A DNA stretch of 63,924 nucleotides, the filler included, from Asterionella formosa (Eukaryota), in NCBI GenBank assembly GCA_002256025.1. It is 13 parts of 13 records of this genome, joined end to end, with 100 filler letters (N's around TTAATTAATTAA, not from the genome) between each part and the next. Parts side by side here need not be neighbours in the genome. Positions count along the whole stretch, not along the records: positions 24,645 to 29,473 come from NKIB01013336.1; positions 29,574 to 34,401 come from NKIB01013337.1; positions 34,502 to 39,328 come from NKIB01013338.1; 10 more parts are not named here. One strand, 5' to 3'. Shown here piece by piece: positions 24,960-36,918 of the stretch (its first letter is position 1; every line of letters starts with the position of its first letter). The notes beneath the pieces are model-generated. The model was not told the origin of the DNA, made no database searches, and worked only from the letters and a program-made list of their open reading frames with translations. Both the position numbers and the translations under genes were made by a program.

Positions 24960-27190
24960 GATATCATGAAAATATGATCAAGGGTATCGTACGCTAAGTG
25001 GCACAGGATTTTTGCATGTACGATAGTTTTTCGATCAAAATAATGATCAATGTATCATATAATTTTATGATCATGCAGTTAACTTTTACCGAGCTTGAAG
25101 TATGATGAGACTATCATAGTTATAATACCATTGCATCATATAATTAGTTAAACATGGTCATATGATGTTTATACTTTTGTCATACATCTATCTTAGCATG
25201 ATCGTAATTCTCATCGATATCACTGTCTAAAATAGGATGAAATTGATCGAAATATAGAACTATTTTTAGCTAAGAATGGTTCTATGATTCTATATCTTAA
25301 GTGGCTACAGAATGTTCTACAATGCTCTCATCGCAATGATTGTTGGTGCCGCTTTCACTTCCACCTTCCCCCCAATCCAATTCTGAAGGTTGTTGTACTG
25401 GTTGCCTTGCCGTTGTTCCCCTGCTTGCTTTGTTCCATTTAATCCTGAGGGTTCTGAGTTTGCATTCACGCACGATTGAATCCGTTTCGTTGTTCCAGTC
25501 AGCCATACTAACAAAGAGAAGCAATTCATTGTTAGCTGTTCAAGTTTTGCTACACAACAACATGCATTTCGCTTCTATCTTGCTTCACTTACCACAAATT
25601 GAGGAGGTAACTGATGCATATTTCTGTAGAAGAATATGTCAGTCGAAGATTGAATGAGAAGCAAAGTATCGATCAATAAATGGGCTCCAAAACTGCTGTT
25701 TGTAACTTACAAATACTGTTTATCTACCATTATCCTGAAAGAAGCAACACATATGTGTCAGTTTTTCTAACTGTTGTAGATTGATCCAAAGATGGCTGAT
25801 AGGCAGAACTTACTGATTTCTTTTGTCCACATTGATGGTTGGCCAGCCACCAAATCGAAAAGAAGCTATTGAATCACTGAAAGCAAGGGGACAAGTCATT
25901 CCGTATTTGTAATCCCAGCAATTGATCATCTTGGCATTTGCTATTGACAAACCGTGATGCTATGCCCAGCTTGTTGATTCCGCCCTTCTCCGTCATATTC
26001 ACTCATTCTTATCGTGCTGTATTGTCACTTCAGTTTTTCGTATCATGTGTTGCTTGAGATCCTTCATTTCAGGAAGTGGATGCAGCATGACAAGCAAGGA
26101 ACATGAAAGGCATTTGCTCTTGACTAACCATCAATTGATTCCGCCCTTCTCTTCTAAGCCGCAAGTATCATTGTGCTGTATTATCACTTTCGTTTTCCGC
26201 GTCATCATCTGTGTTAATCCTTCATTTCAGGAGCAAAGTGTATGTACGACAAGGAACATGAAAACATGATTTCAAATGTTTCAGCCATGAATACATATAT
26301 ATAAAGATTTCTAAGAAGTTTAAATGTATATATAGTTGAACATTTGCATAGCTTTAAACACGCTCATTATACGGCACATCCTGTGTATACTAATATCAAT
26401 CTTGATTATACATGACTCAAATAGATACAATGCATGATGAGTTCATAGTCTTCCATGACCTGTTGAGTTCTTTCAATTTTTTGTGTGTCAATTCTTGTAC
26501 CTACAAGTCAGTGGCTGATTTAATTAAGCCCCCTAATAAACGGGAGTCATCACCAATTTTTCAAAATGGTCGAAATCATACATTTGTGTATATAGACATA
26601 TTGACCAAAATTCATATGGCCTACTGGTAGTACTGTATAATTGCTGGTAATTACTTCCATCGTGGAATTACCACAATAGTGCAGTGGAAAACTGAATATG
26701 CTCATGTTTTTAGGATCATTTGATCATATTTTTAAGATCAATTGATCCTGATTCCTGAAAATAAATGTTGATTGTTCATTTTCTCATCAACGACACCGTT
26801 CATCATATGATCAATACTGTGCAATGTAGATGATGATTTATCGAAGACATATGATGACTTGAACGACAAATGAAGATTTTATCACAAACAATTGTTCCTC
26901 TTGACAAGGCTGGTGGTTTGTCGTTGTTGCAAGAATCAAAGTGAGGACTGGCGAGGATGATGAGCCAAACCACATAACTCTAACTGGTACATTATCCTAC
27001 CAAGAAATTTAAATAAAGGAACCTAAAGGAAACAATACATATAATAATTAAATTTCCATAGTCAAAAGGGTTACTATTTAAATTACGAGGGCATTTATCA
27101 AAATTATTAGATGATATAACGAAAAATTATGATCAGATGATCATAATCCTATGATGCATCATGGAAATATGATGGTTTTTATTTGCAGAC
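24960..27190. mobile_element. Non-autonomous DNA element of the GTCTGCAAATAAAA TIR family, copy 1 (outer ~15 nt of the left TIR missing)
   Basis: Ends TTTTTATTTGCAGAC. 25730-26830 matches the reverse complement of ~43190-44251, and 26920-27190 matches 41206-41480. Confidence 0.8.
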
Positions 27191-28123
27191 CCTATTGGCT
27201 GCTACACTATGATTGGTAGGGTAGCCAGCAAAGCGCTTCCTGGCATACCAAGCCTGGGTTTTTGCGAGTAAGACTTACTTATATAATGCACTGTTATTTA
27301 TGACTGTAAAAATTTGTGTTTTTGTTGACCAATTTTGGTAAACCTGGTCAACACAAACACAAATTGTTGGGTTATGGGCACAACGATTTGTGCTATAATA
27401 CACAAGATATAATAATTTTTTATTTTCAAAGCGCGCCCAATAATACATCCATAAAATAATTAACATTTTTATACTGCATAAAATAATTTACATATATCTT
27501 CTTACTCGGTGTTGTATTTTTTTCTTGATTTGGGGTAGAATGACTAATATATTCATACACTTGAATATATATCACTCTCCACTGATGATTGGAACCATCA
27601 TCTGCCATCCTCACTATGATCTTTTTATGCCTCTAAATCCTCCAGGAGAAGTACCTATTATGTAATTTATTACTGTTTTCTAGTCCACTTCGAATTATTA
27701 CAATAACGGGTGCTGGTACTCCTACCAAGATGGAAGGCGTAGTATGTCCAACGAGCAAGAGGAAAAACCTTGTCTTGTTTGCATTGGCTTACGTTTAGTG
27801 AAAACATGGGAGCAGTGCCCTGATTAAGATTGACAAGGTAGTGCAAATGAATGGAAATATCAGTAATACTGATGCTTTTATACGCGATGTACTAATTGTA
27901 CCCATACTTATAATCAGTACTTCGCATCCCGCAGAATTCTGTATCCTGCACCTAGAATTCATGGATGTGCACTGTCTTGCTCACAGAAAGTCTCTTGCAC
28001 ACTTATATATATTTGACACTCTAAAATAATTTGGGATATCAAGATCTGCAGTGACAGTATCAATATCGGAACATGAAATGACACCAAGCTCATGGCATTC
28101 TGGTAATAGAATGCTTCCCTACT

Positions 28124-28390
28124 AGTTTTTTAGCGTAGGTGAGTCCCCAACCACTTTTCGCTAAAAGTGATTGTTATACCCACAGCGTTAGGGGAAATTC
28201 CAACCGCCAAGGAAGGCAGCACAAGCTGCTTGTAGGGGGCAAACCCACTATTTCTCGCACACCAGGCAAGACCGTGCGGGATGGAAAGGAGTGTGGGAGT
28301 CGAACCCAACAAATTGCTTTTCAAAAAATTGCGGGAATCGAACCAAACAACTTCAGATCAAAGGCAATGTGCTCAGCCACCCATCTACTG
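28124..28390 (-). mobile_element. Candidate tRNA-derived SINE
   Basis: The minus strand has a degenerate tRNA-like head, two B-box-like motifs (GGTTCGATTCC, GGTTCGACTCC), a ~150-nt body and a short A-tail. Confidence 0.4.
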
Positions 28391-30169
28391 CAAGCCATTT
28401 CCTTAGTCTTACAGCACTTAATATAAGTGAAGTTATTTTTTTAAAATTAATTATTTAGGTCAATATACCACTAATTCTATAGTAGACATTACAATCCAGT
28501 TTCATCCTCTTCTTCTTCAGATGATGAGGTTTGGTCATGAGAAGAGTCTTTAACATCAGCAATGATTTAACTATTGATGCAAGGTGCTTCATTTCTGTTA
28601 CTGTACTGAAAATATGACTAGAATACATGCACTCTCAAGTGGAACTCTGTCCCTCTTTACTCGCTGATGTCCTCCAGCATGTTGGTCACTTTGCAAGATG
28701 AAATCGACACACCACACTCTAAAATGATGTGAAGTCGAAAAAGCTTTGTTAAAGAACTTGTATCTGTAATTGGAAAGCATATTTGAGTCCTTCAATTTGG
28801 GCTGTAGCCTTCAAATGATTAATAAGGATATGCATTATTTCCTGGAAGCAAAGGCTGTCAAAAAATTATGTGAGTAAATTATAGAAATATAAATGACAGC
28901 AACAACTGGATGAATAATATTGGATGGTGTGCACCATTAAGCAATACACAGCTGTGTTGATGCTCTGGGATTTTTCATAGTTTTGGCCTAGCAATGTCTT
29001 CGCTAGTGGACGAAGAACCGGGTTTGCCAATCACTTCATCGTTCCTGCCACAGTGTGGCCTGTGATCGAAACTGACGATGTCGTCATTTCTGATGATGCG
29101 CACTACATTGTACCTGGTACCTGGTACCATTCTGAGGAGATGAGAATTTATTCTCACACGGAACAAAATTAGTAATAATTGATTAAAGTTCGGCGCGACG
29201 GCGCAGGTCCGGAACAAGATTCTTCGCTTAGTATACCTACCTGTACTCTGTATACCGATACAACCAACTTTTCCGAGTGATTCTCACAATAAAAGGACAA
29301 TAAAAACTTTAGGCACAACAGGGACAAAGGCTGGCGAAATCGATAAAAATGAAGTCTTTTGCCTTTTACTTTCATCTAGCAATAGCTGCAATCTGTTGGC
29401 TCAGTGAATCAGCACTCGCATATTCATTCTCTTCGTTTCTTGGCCGGTCATTGGCATTGGAAGCATGTGCGCANNNNNNNNNNNNNNNNNNNNNNNNNNN
29501 NNNNNNNNNNNNNNNNNTTAATTAATTAANNNNNNNNNNNNNNNNNNNNNNNNNNNNNNNNNNNNNNNNNNNNTTCGAAGGATGGAGAATGTTTAAGGTA
29601 ATGAAGCCATCAATGTGGTACTTGGATGACAATCGTTGGGAGGCAGGCAGCACAACAACAAATTGTTAACTAAACGCACATTTCCTTTTTTCTCAGTTGA
29701 TTCAACAGCTCGTTTTGCTTGTTGGGGAGCACCAATGTAAAACAAAACAAAACAAAACCAAATTGCGTAAGTGCTCTTGTCGCTCGTTGGACCTATTCAC
29801 TTCTGTTGGAACAAAACTGACAAAACATTTACATTCTCTCAAAGTTAAGCTGACAAAAATTAACCGGTAAGTTTTATTCGACAACATTGGATACCCGAAA
29901 CTTACTTATTCAAGAATTTACTGACAATTTACTGTAATAGACTTATGCATCAGTTGCATTGACTTATGGTAAGTGAAGCAAGAGGATACAGTGGAATTGT
30001 GTGTTGTTGTGTCAATGTAACATGACAAGCTAACAAATCATTCCTTCTCATTGTTACTGTAACTGCATGCAATGGACAATAAAACCAATCAAACAACGGA
30101 ATAGTCGGTGAGTTCATAGTGTCACTAATTGCAGGGAGAAATGCGAGATATTAAGCACTGCATGGCGCA

Positions 30170-30913
30170 AGATTCAGAATAGAGGAAGGAAAGGGCGAGA
30201 CAGGATCAATATACATTGAGCCGAGTAGAGAGAGAAACGTTGGGTTGCTGGCCTGTAGAATCATAGATAGCATTGCTAAATTTGTCAATTAAATTAAGAT
30301 CTGTTCCAATCCTTTTTTAACAATCAAAACAACGGAAGAGTCGGCGAGTAAAAGAGTCGCAACCATAAGTTGGCGTTGCCTCACACATGATTCAGAATAG
30401 AGGAAGGAAAGCGCGAGACAGGAACAATATACTTTGAGCCAAGTAGAGAGAGACGTCGGGTTGCTGGCCTGTAAAATCATAGATAGCAATGCTAAATTTG
30501 ATAGTTAAATAAAGATCCATTTCAATCCTTTTTGAACAATGCTTGTGATCAGAAATATGATCATGTTTAAGATAGATATACGATGAAACAATTCAAATGA
30601 TAGCATATAGTTTAGCTGATTTTAGGATGCATTGTAGTTATAATTTACATCGGGCGATCACGAGAAGTGAAAATAATATGAGAAGGTTTATGATATTGAC
30701 GAGAAATGTTGTTGATCAGTTTATATACATTGTGTGATGATAATGCTCCTATTATCATTATACTTCAAGGTCGGTAACATATTAATAAATCATCATAGAT
30801 ACAAGATACCTTGATCATATTTTTGATCCAAAAAGACATATATATGAAAATCCTGTGCCACTTGGTGTATGATACCCTTGATCCTATATGCATGATACTT
30901 TTTATTTACAGAC
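30170..30913. mobile_element. Diverged end of the GTCTGC TIR family, abutting a copia pol gene, with an internal ~150-bp duplication (30171-30324 / 30389-30540)
   Basis: TCCTGTGCCACTT..GATACCCTTGATC..TTTTTATTTACAGAC matches the reverse complement of 24960-25010 and also 63085-63148. Confidence 0.65.
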
Positions 30914-32633
30914 GAATGCTCAATAAAGAGCAGTTGTGCAGACCAGATACAATGTGTACATGACAAGCAGCAGAAAAAAGCATAGGTAAAGATAATTCGG
31001 CCTCATGTGTAGATTTAACATGGTGGCCGTTAGGAAGTCGAATGGTGATAGAGTTGGTGCGTGGCAGGTTGTTTGTTGATGACGGGTAAAAAAACAGTGG
31101 CATAATTGCCAGAACTACCAGAATCAGCAATGAGTGTGATGGGGGGACAAGTGATGGGAGATAAGTTTGTGTCAATAGTATTATCGACAACAACTTGCTC
31201 CCCTCCACATCAAGCATGTGTTGAAGGTTGCGGTGAAACACGGGGTGGCCGGGCGGGACGGGTACCATCACTGAAAATACGGATGCTGCCACCCATACGT
31301 CGATCAAGGGTGGCAGTGATCTGATGGCCAGAAGCTGGATGATTGCAACTTGTACTGGTATGTTCAGGGTTTTTGGTGAGACCATGAGGAGTCCAACAAT
31401 AGCCTAATTGGACATTGTTGTAACTGTATCCAGAAGGGACAGCACAAGCAGCTGCAGCAATCCCTGGCGGAGGGGGAGTTCCACTGGTTTGAATGGCAGC
31501 ATGGGCAGCATGGTAACCGGTGGTGGCAAGGCGCAATCGTTCCTTATCGGTGTGGATGAAATGAGGGCAAAAATTAATCCAGGTACAGTCCATCTCAGCG
31601 CGATCACGCCAGCTTTGAATACTATGAGAATATACACCAGCCTGTTCTAAAGTGGAAAGAGTCAAATGCATGACAGTACTGTCAGATAAAGGCTCCCCAC
31701 CAGCATCGGCAATGGCACGAAGATGATTAATGCGGACCCATGAATGTTAAAGAGGTTCCTCTGGTGTCCAAGCATCAGCCAAATGCATGTGATTAAATTC
31801 TAAATCATCCGCACTCAAAGTGGCATATGTTGAGTCTAAGTGAGCGAGCAAGGTCATAACAGTCCAAAACGTTGTAGTAAGTAGGGTCAATGACGGTGAG
31901 AATTTGTTGCTGGAGAATTTCACGGATTTGGTAGTAATGGCGGAAGGCGTTGAGGGAGGTGTTAAAAAGACGGTGGGCAGCTGTGATTTGGGACTGTGTG
32001 GCAGTAATACTGTGAGGCGGCTGGGTGCCGGGATGTTCGGGCGGTAAAAATGGTTCACCAGCACATAAGAGATAAGGAGCAGCAGCCATGACAATACCAA
32101 GGAAACCATTGTCACCACCACCACTGGTCCACATAAGGAGCAGCAGCCATGACAATACCAAGGAAACCCTTGGCACCACCACCACTGGTACAGTGAACAG
32201 AGCGAGCGTTGGCGTAAATTTCCTTGCGAAGGTGGGTTACAGTGAGGGCTGTAGGTTTGCCCTCAATCGGCGTCAAGAGCGGATGAGGGAATGGGAACAA
32301 CAGCAGAAACGAGTGGAGTCGCCGTGATGGAAGAAGGCCCGAAAGACAGGGAAAGCAAACAGGCAAGCGGTGTTGCACAGTCGTGGGTCAAAAGCAGTGC
32401 AGATTGGCACTGCCAACAAAAGCTGCAATGGCACAGGTGCGGACGAGGGAGAGAGAACAGATATTGTAGTTCTGTTGAGGGAAACCTCATCGCGGATAAA
32501 GGTGAACTACAATATTATGACTATTCTATTGCTGTTTCGAGTACCTTGTTGTTAGCACTCACGCATATACCTATTCTGGTGGCTGCTCCGGTATGGTTCG
32601 TACGGCACATGTATGGAGAATCATATTCAGATA
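30914..32633 (-). mobile_element. Degenerate CoDi-like copia element: LTR 32633-32473, gag, protease
   Basis: gag motif EIYANARSV..GGG.KGFLGIVM, knuckle YCWT(P)HG..HTSTSC...GHQ..AT...MGGS, protease IADSGSSGNY and IRLPNGHHVKSTH..LLSI. Frameshifts plus a ~58-bp internal duplication. Confidence 0.88.
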
Positions 32634-32849
32634 TTAACAGTAGGTACCGGTATGTGTGCTTAGTGTAGACTTTTTTTAATACTGCTGACCCCTCCCCTCT
32701 CCGTTTCTAGTTGTCTCTATTCACATGTTGCCTCTTTATACGATCGGGAGAGCTATTTACAGTATATAGCCTAGCTACTTTTTCTTCGCTTTTTGAAATG
32801 AAATTCCAAGGAGGTTGGGAACCACAACAAGGAATAATGTTTGCCAAAC

Positions 32850-33840
32850 CGCCTGGATAGCCCTAGGTGTGACACCACGGAAAAACGCAATGTAGCTCCT
32901 CCAAGAATTGCAATTCAAGACGTTCCACCTCATGGCCCCACCCCTTCCCTCCTTCCTCCTCCGCCCTCCGGCACCCCCCACCGCCTTCCCTGCCCACCCC
33001 ATCCACCCACACCCAGTCCACCCACCCCTCAACCTCTGCCACCCTCATTAGCGACACCTCGTCCATTACGGGACCACCAGCCACTATCACTTCCACCGCT
33101 ACCCCTCGCCCCACCAAAATTGTGAACCCGGCCATCAACCCCGCCCTCAACGCCCCTTATCTTGCTTTCAACACTGCCGGCGGTCGCATTGGTGATGCCA
33201 AACAAAAAGCCCGACCACCAACCAACGCAACAGGAAAACCCATGTGCATCTCTTATCACTCCAAAGGTGACTGCGTCTCCCGTTGCCGCTGCGCTCCGGA
33301 TCCTGCCCCCCATTCGCTGGCGGAGGACGCCAAACTCCAAACCTGGATTGAAAAACACATGAGAGTCCCCCTCCAAACATAACACTTTGGCCGGGCCCTC
33401 ACTAATGAGGTCCTGTTGCCACCACACCAACCCCCACCCCCACCCCCATCCCTGGCCCTCCCCACCACGCGTCCCGACTCTACCACCTTTCCCCCCCACC
33501 CCCGGCACCATGACTACAATCGGCAAGTTTGCCGCACTTTTTGCCCGCCAAATTTCCAACTGGGGTTGGCGAACGTTTGTCCACTCCCGCCGCAGCACCA
33601 GTGACATCAACCCTGCTGTGGCCACCCTGGCACATCCAGCCGCTCGCCTCCTTAACCACCTCCGCCTCCGAGGAGCCCCAGTAGTCCTACACACCACCCC
33701 TCCCCCCCCGCTCTCCCCCCCCAGCATGCCATCCTCATGTCCCAGGGCCCCCATAAATCAGCCTTTGACCACCTCGCCTTTCTCAGCCAGGAATTCCAGG
33801 GCATGATCACTTAGGGTTTTGGGGTAGTCATACCTTACAC
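32850..33840 (+). mobile_element. Fragment of a DIRS/Ngaro-like (tyrosine recombinase class) retrotransposon: gag end and pre-RT region
   Basis: C-rich island. Cys/His knuckle MCISYHSKGDCVSRC, then HPAARLLNHLRLRGAPVVL and GPHKSAFDHLAFLSQEFQGMI*GFGVVIPY. Confidence 0.65.
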
Positions 33841-34004
33841 CAATTGGTGCCATTGGAAAAATCTATTATATGTATTGTTTCTATTAGATTCCTGTATTCG
33901 AATTTCTTGGTAGGATAATGTATGAATGAAAATATCGGCGGAAATGTGGCAGACATCACTTCAGAAGTAGAAATGGTTGAAAAGTTGCAAAACCAAGAAT
34001 TTTA

Positions 34005-34131
34005 TCTCACTATCCGTCCAGAACATCATGATGAACATCATGAAAGCAGAGAAACTATTGCATTTCTAAAGGAACCGATCTCACTATCCGTCCAGAACAT
34101 CAAGATGAATATCATGAAAGCAGAGAAACTA
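34005..34131. repeat. Two ~53-bp direct repeats
   Basis: TCTCACTATCCGTCCAGAACATCA..ATCATGAAAGCAGAGAAACTA occurs twice. Confidence 0.85.
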
Positions 34132-34501
34132 TGGTGTGCTTGATTGATCTCTTCATCCACAATTTCAACCGTCACTCCAATAAATGCATATTCTGTTTCT
34201 TCGCATGTAATGTAGACCTTTGTGTCTTCAACATATTCATAGTCAAAAAACGTCTTGTTGTTTGTAGTCAAGTCAATTATTTCAAAATCATCATCTGTAT
34301 CAGACTTTTCATCATGGATTTCGATCGTTTCAACAATACCAACAAACATTTCAGTTTCTTTCTTTACCTTTGTTTTCTTTTCTTCAGGACAATCCTTAGC
34401 ANNNNNNNNNNNNNNNNNNNNNNNNNNNNNNNNNNNNNNNNNNNNTTAATTAATTAANNNNNNNNNNNNNNNNNNNNNNNNNNNNNNNNNNNNNNNNNNN
34501 N

Positions 34502-36466
34502 GGCGTTTTCTCGACTCGGGAAAAGCTTCTGCCCCGCTGTGCAACAGCAATTGGAGACACAGTTGTGGATCTATCCATCTTGGCAGAATCCGGCATGCTT
34601 GATGATATACCCAATTTCTCGCCGCGATGCTTCACCCAGTCCACGCTAAACGAGTTCTTCACTTACCCCCGTCCCATTTGGGTCGCCGTTCGCAACACAC
34701 TCATTGACTTGTTCTCGGAGACCAACACTAGCTCGGACAGACTTCGAATCAACAAGGCGCTGCAAGCCGCTGCGCTTCATGACATGAAAGATGTCACGAT
34801 GCATTTACCAGCCGACATTGGGGACTATACTGACTTTTATGCGTCTCGGGAACATGCCACAAATGTTGGCACTATGTTTCGAGGAAAGGACAATGCATTG
34901 CAACCCAACTGGCTTCACTTACCAGTCGGATACCATGGCCGGTCGTCCACTATATTCGTATCAGGAACAACAGTACGACGTCCTTGTGGTCAACTACAAA
35001 AAGATCGGCAAGATCCCAAGCAGGGTTCCATCTTTGGTCCATGTGCCAAACTGGATTTTGAACTTGAAATGGCGTTTTTCGTCGCTGGACCACCAAACAG
35101 AGCCGGCGAAAGACTCTCGGTTAGACAGGCATATGAACGAATATTTGGATTTTGCCTAATGAACGATTGGTCAGCTAGAGATATTCAAACTTGGGAGTAT
35201 GTGCCATTGGGGCCATTTACTGCCAAGAACTTCGCAACCTCAATTTCACCTTGGATTGTGACAACAATGGCGCTGGAGGATTTTGTTACTCCCACTTCTG
35301 CCAAAGAACAAATTGAACCCATACCGCTAGAATACCTTCAAGATCCCAACTACAGTTCCTTCAATATTGCATTAAGTGTTGAAATTCAGAGCCAAGACAT
35401 GGAAAAACCTACCACAGTGTCAGAATCTAACTTTTCAAACCTTTATTGGAATGCTACTCAGCAGCTGGTGCATCATTCTGTCACAGGCTGCATTATGCGA
35501 CCCGGGGATTTATTGGGATCGGGTACAATCTCTGGTTGTGCCGAAGCATCCTTTGGATCGATTCTGGAATTGTCTTGGAATGGAACTAAGGAAGTTTCGT
35601 TGGGATCAAGTGGGGAGGTACGAACATTTCTTCATGATGGGGATACTGTCATTATGAAAGGCTGGTGTCAAAAAGGTGGCCACGGAAGAGTTGGATTTGG
35701 TACATGCAGCGGTACGATTCTTCCCGCACTGACTGGAGTGGGGGACATCCAAGTGCCCGCTGTCACGAACGAGAGATACCAAGATTTCCAATTATACAGC
35801 TTTTGGAGGTCGTCTTGTACCTATAGAGTCAGGATCGCTCTTGCGGCGAAGGCTGTGTCGTACAAAACAATCACGGTGAATATTATGAAACACGAGAATC
35901 TCGATGCGACGCTCGCAGATCGCAATCCAATGCATCAAGTGCCCGTGTTGGAGTTCAAAGATACAAGTACAGGCGAAACGATTCAGATATCTCAATCTAT
36001 AGCCATAATCGAATTTTTGGAGGAAGCCTTTCCAAAAGGACCAGCTCTGCTTCCAGCCGATACAACTGATCGCGCCAAAGCTCGTCAAATGGTGGAGATC
36101 ATCAATTCTGGTATTCAACCTATCCAGAATCTAGCCTTGCTAAAGGATATAGAGACGCGATCACAAGGGACGATATCTGCTGCTCAGATTGGCAAGGAAC
36201 GGATCACTAGAGGACTCAAAGCCCTTGAAGCAATCGTCGTGAAACAGCTCGCCACCAAATACAGCAAGAATTTCTGCATGGGTGGCTTCGCACCAACAAT
36301 TGTAGATGCATGTCTAGCTCCTCAATTGTTCAACGCCAAAGTTTTTGGCGTTGATATAACCGAAGTTTGTCCAACACTTGAAAAGATTGGTACCATTTTG
36401 GCATGCCATCCTTGGTTTGTAGGTGCACACCCTGATGCCCAACCTGATGGTGGGACATGGATTTGA
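34502..36466 (+). CDS. Fumarylacetoacetase fused to a C-terminal GST-zeta (maleylacetoacetate isomerase); 5' end truncated
   Basis: FAH motifs GDYTDFYASREHATNVG, LDFELEMAF, MNDWSARDIQ.WEYVPLGPF and GDLLGSGTISG are followed without a stop by YSFWRSSCTYRVRIAL, NPMHQVP, SQSIAIIEFLEE and AHPDAQPD. Confidence 0.93.
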   Translation, partial: GVFSTREKLLPRCATAIGDTVVDLSILAESGMLDDIPNFSPRCFTQSTLNEFFTYPRPIWVAVRNTLIDLFSETNTSSDRLRINKALQAAALHDMKDVTMHLPADIGDYTDFYASREHATNVGTMFRGKDNALQPNWLHLPVGYHGRSSTIFVSGTTVRRPCGQLQKDRQDPKQGSIFGPCAKLDFELEMAFFVAGPPNRAGERLSVRQAYERIFGFCLMNDWSARDIQTWEYVPLGPFTAKNFATSISPWIVTTMALEDFVTPTSAKEQIEPIPLEYLQDPNYSSFNIALSVEIQSQDMEKPTTVSESNFSNLYWNATQQLVHHSVTGCIMRPGDLLGSGTISGCAEASFGSILELSWNGTKEVSLGSSGEVRTFLHDGDTVIMKGWCQKGGHGRVGFGTCSGTILPALTGVGDIQVPAVTNERYQDFQLYSFWRSSCTYRVRIALAAKAVSYKTITVNIMKHENLDATLADRNPMHQVPVLEFKDTSTGETIQISQSIAIIEFLEEAFPKGPALLPADTTDRAKARQMVEIINSGIQPIQNLALLKDIETRSQGTISAAQIGKERITRGLKALEAIVVKQLATKYSKNFCMGGFAPTIVDACLAPQLFNAKVFGVDITEVCPTLEKIGTILACHPWFVGAHPDAQPDGGTWI

Positions 36467-36918
36467 TCGAACTTTGACGCAAATCAGCGATTGGGAACCG
36501 TGAGTTCCAACAGAGTGGTCACTCGCTCGTTACCTTCACCGAAACAGCCATGAAACAATAATCCTATAAGTTGCACGTAAAGGAACTGCAACGGCAGTGA
36601 ATGATGACGTATCAGAGGATACCAATCTTACCGCAGGCTGGCGGTAGTAGTCGTAATCGTCGGAGTTGTCCCTGTTGCGTTATTGTTTTCAGGGTCTGGC
36701 GGTCTGGGAGTCAGTAATCTCGAACGTTGAATGAAGGGCACATTGGTGCGCCCATAAAACGAACAAAGCCGCCTGGAAACAAATGATCAATTTTAGCAGC
36801 TCTGTGAAATTGTGAATACCTAATTTAGTTTGTTATTTGCGCTGCTACATTTGCTGAGGTTTGTGTTCATTGACTTCTCCAACTATAGAACCCAACAAAA
36901 TGTACCTGGAATAATAAG

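Noticed and set aside
33029..33754. 241-aa Gly-rich minus-strand ORF
   Set aside because: Antisense of the C-rich retroelement fragment.
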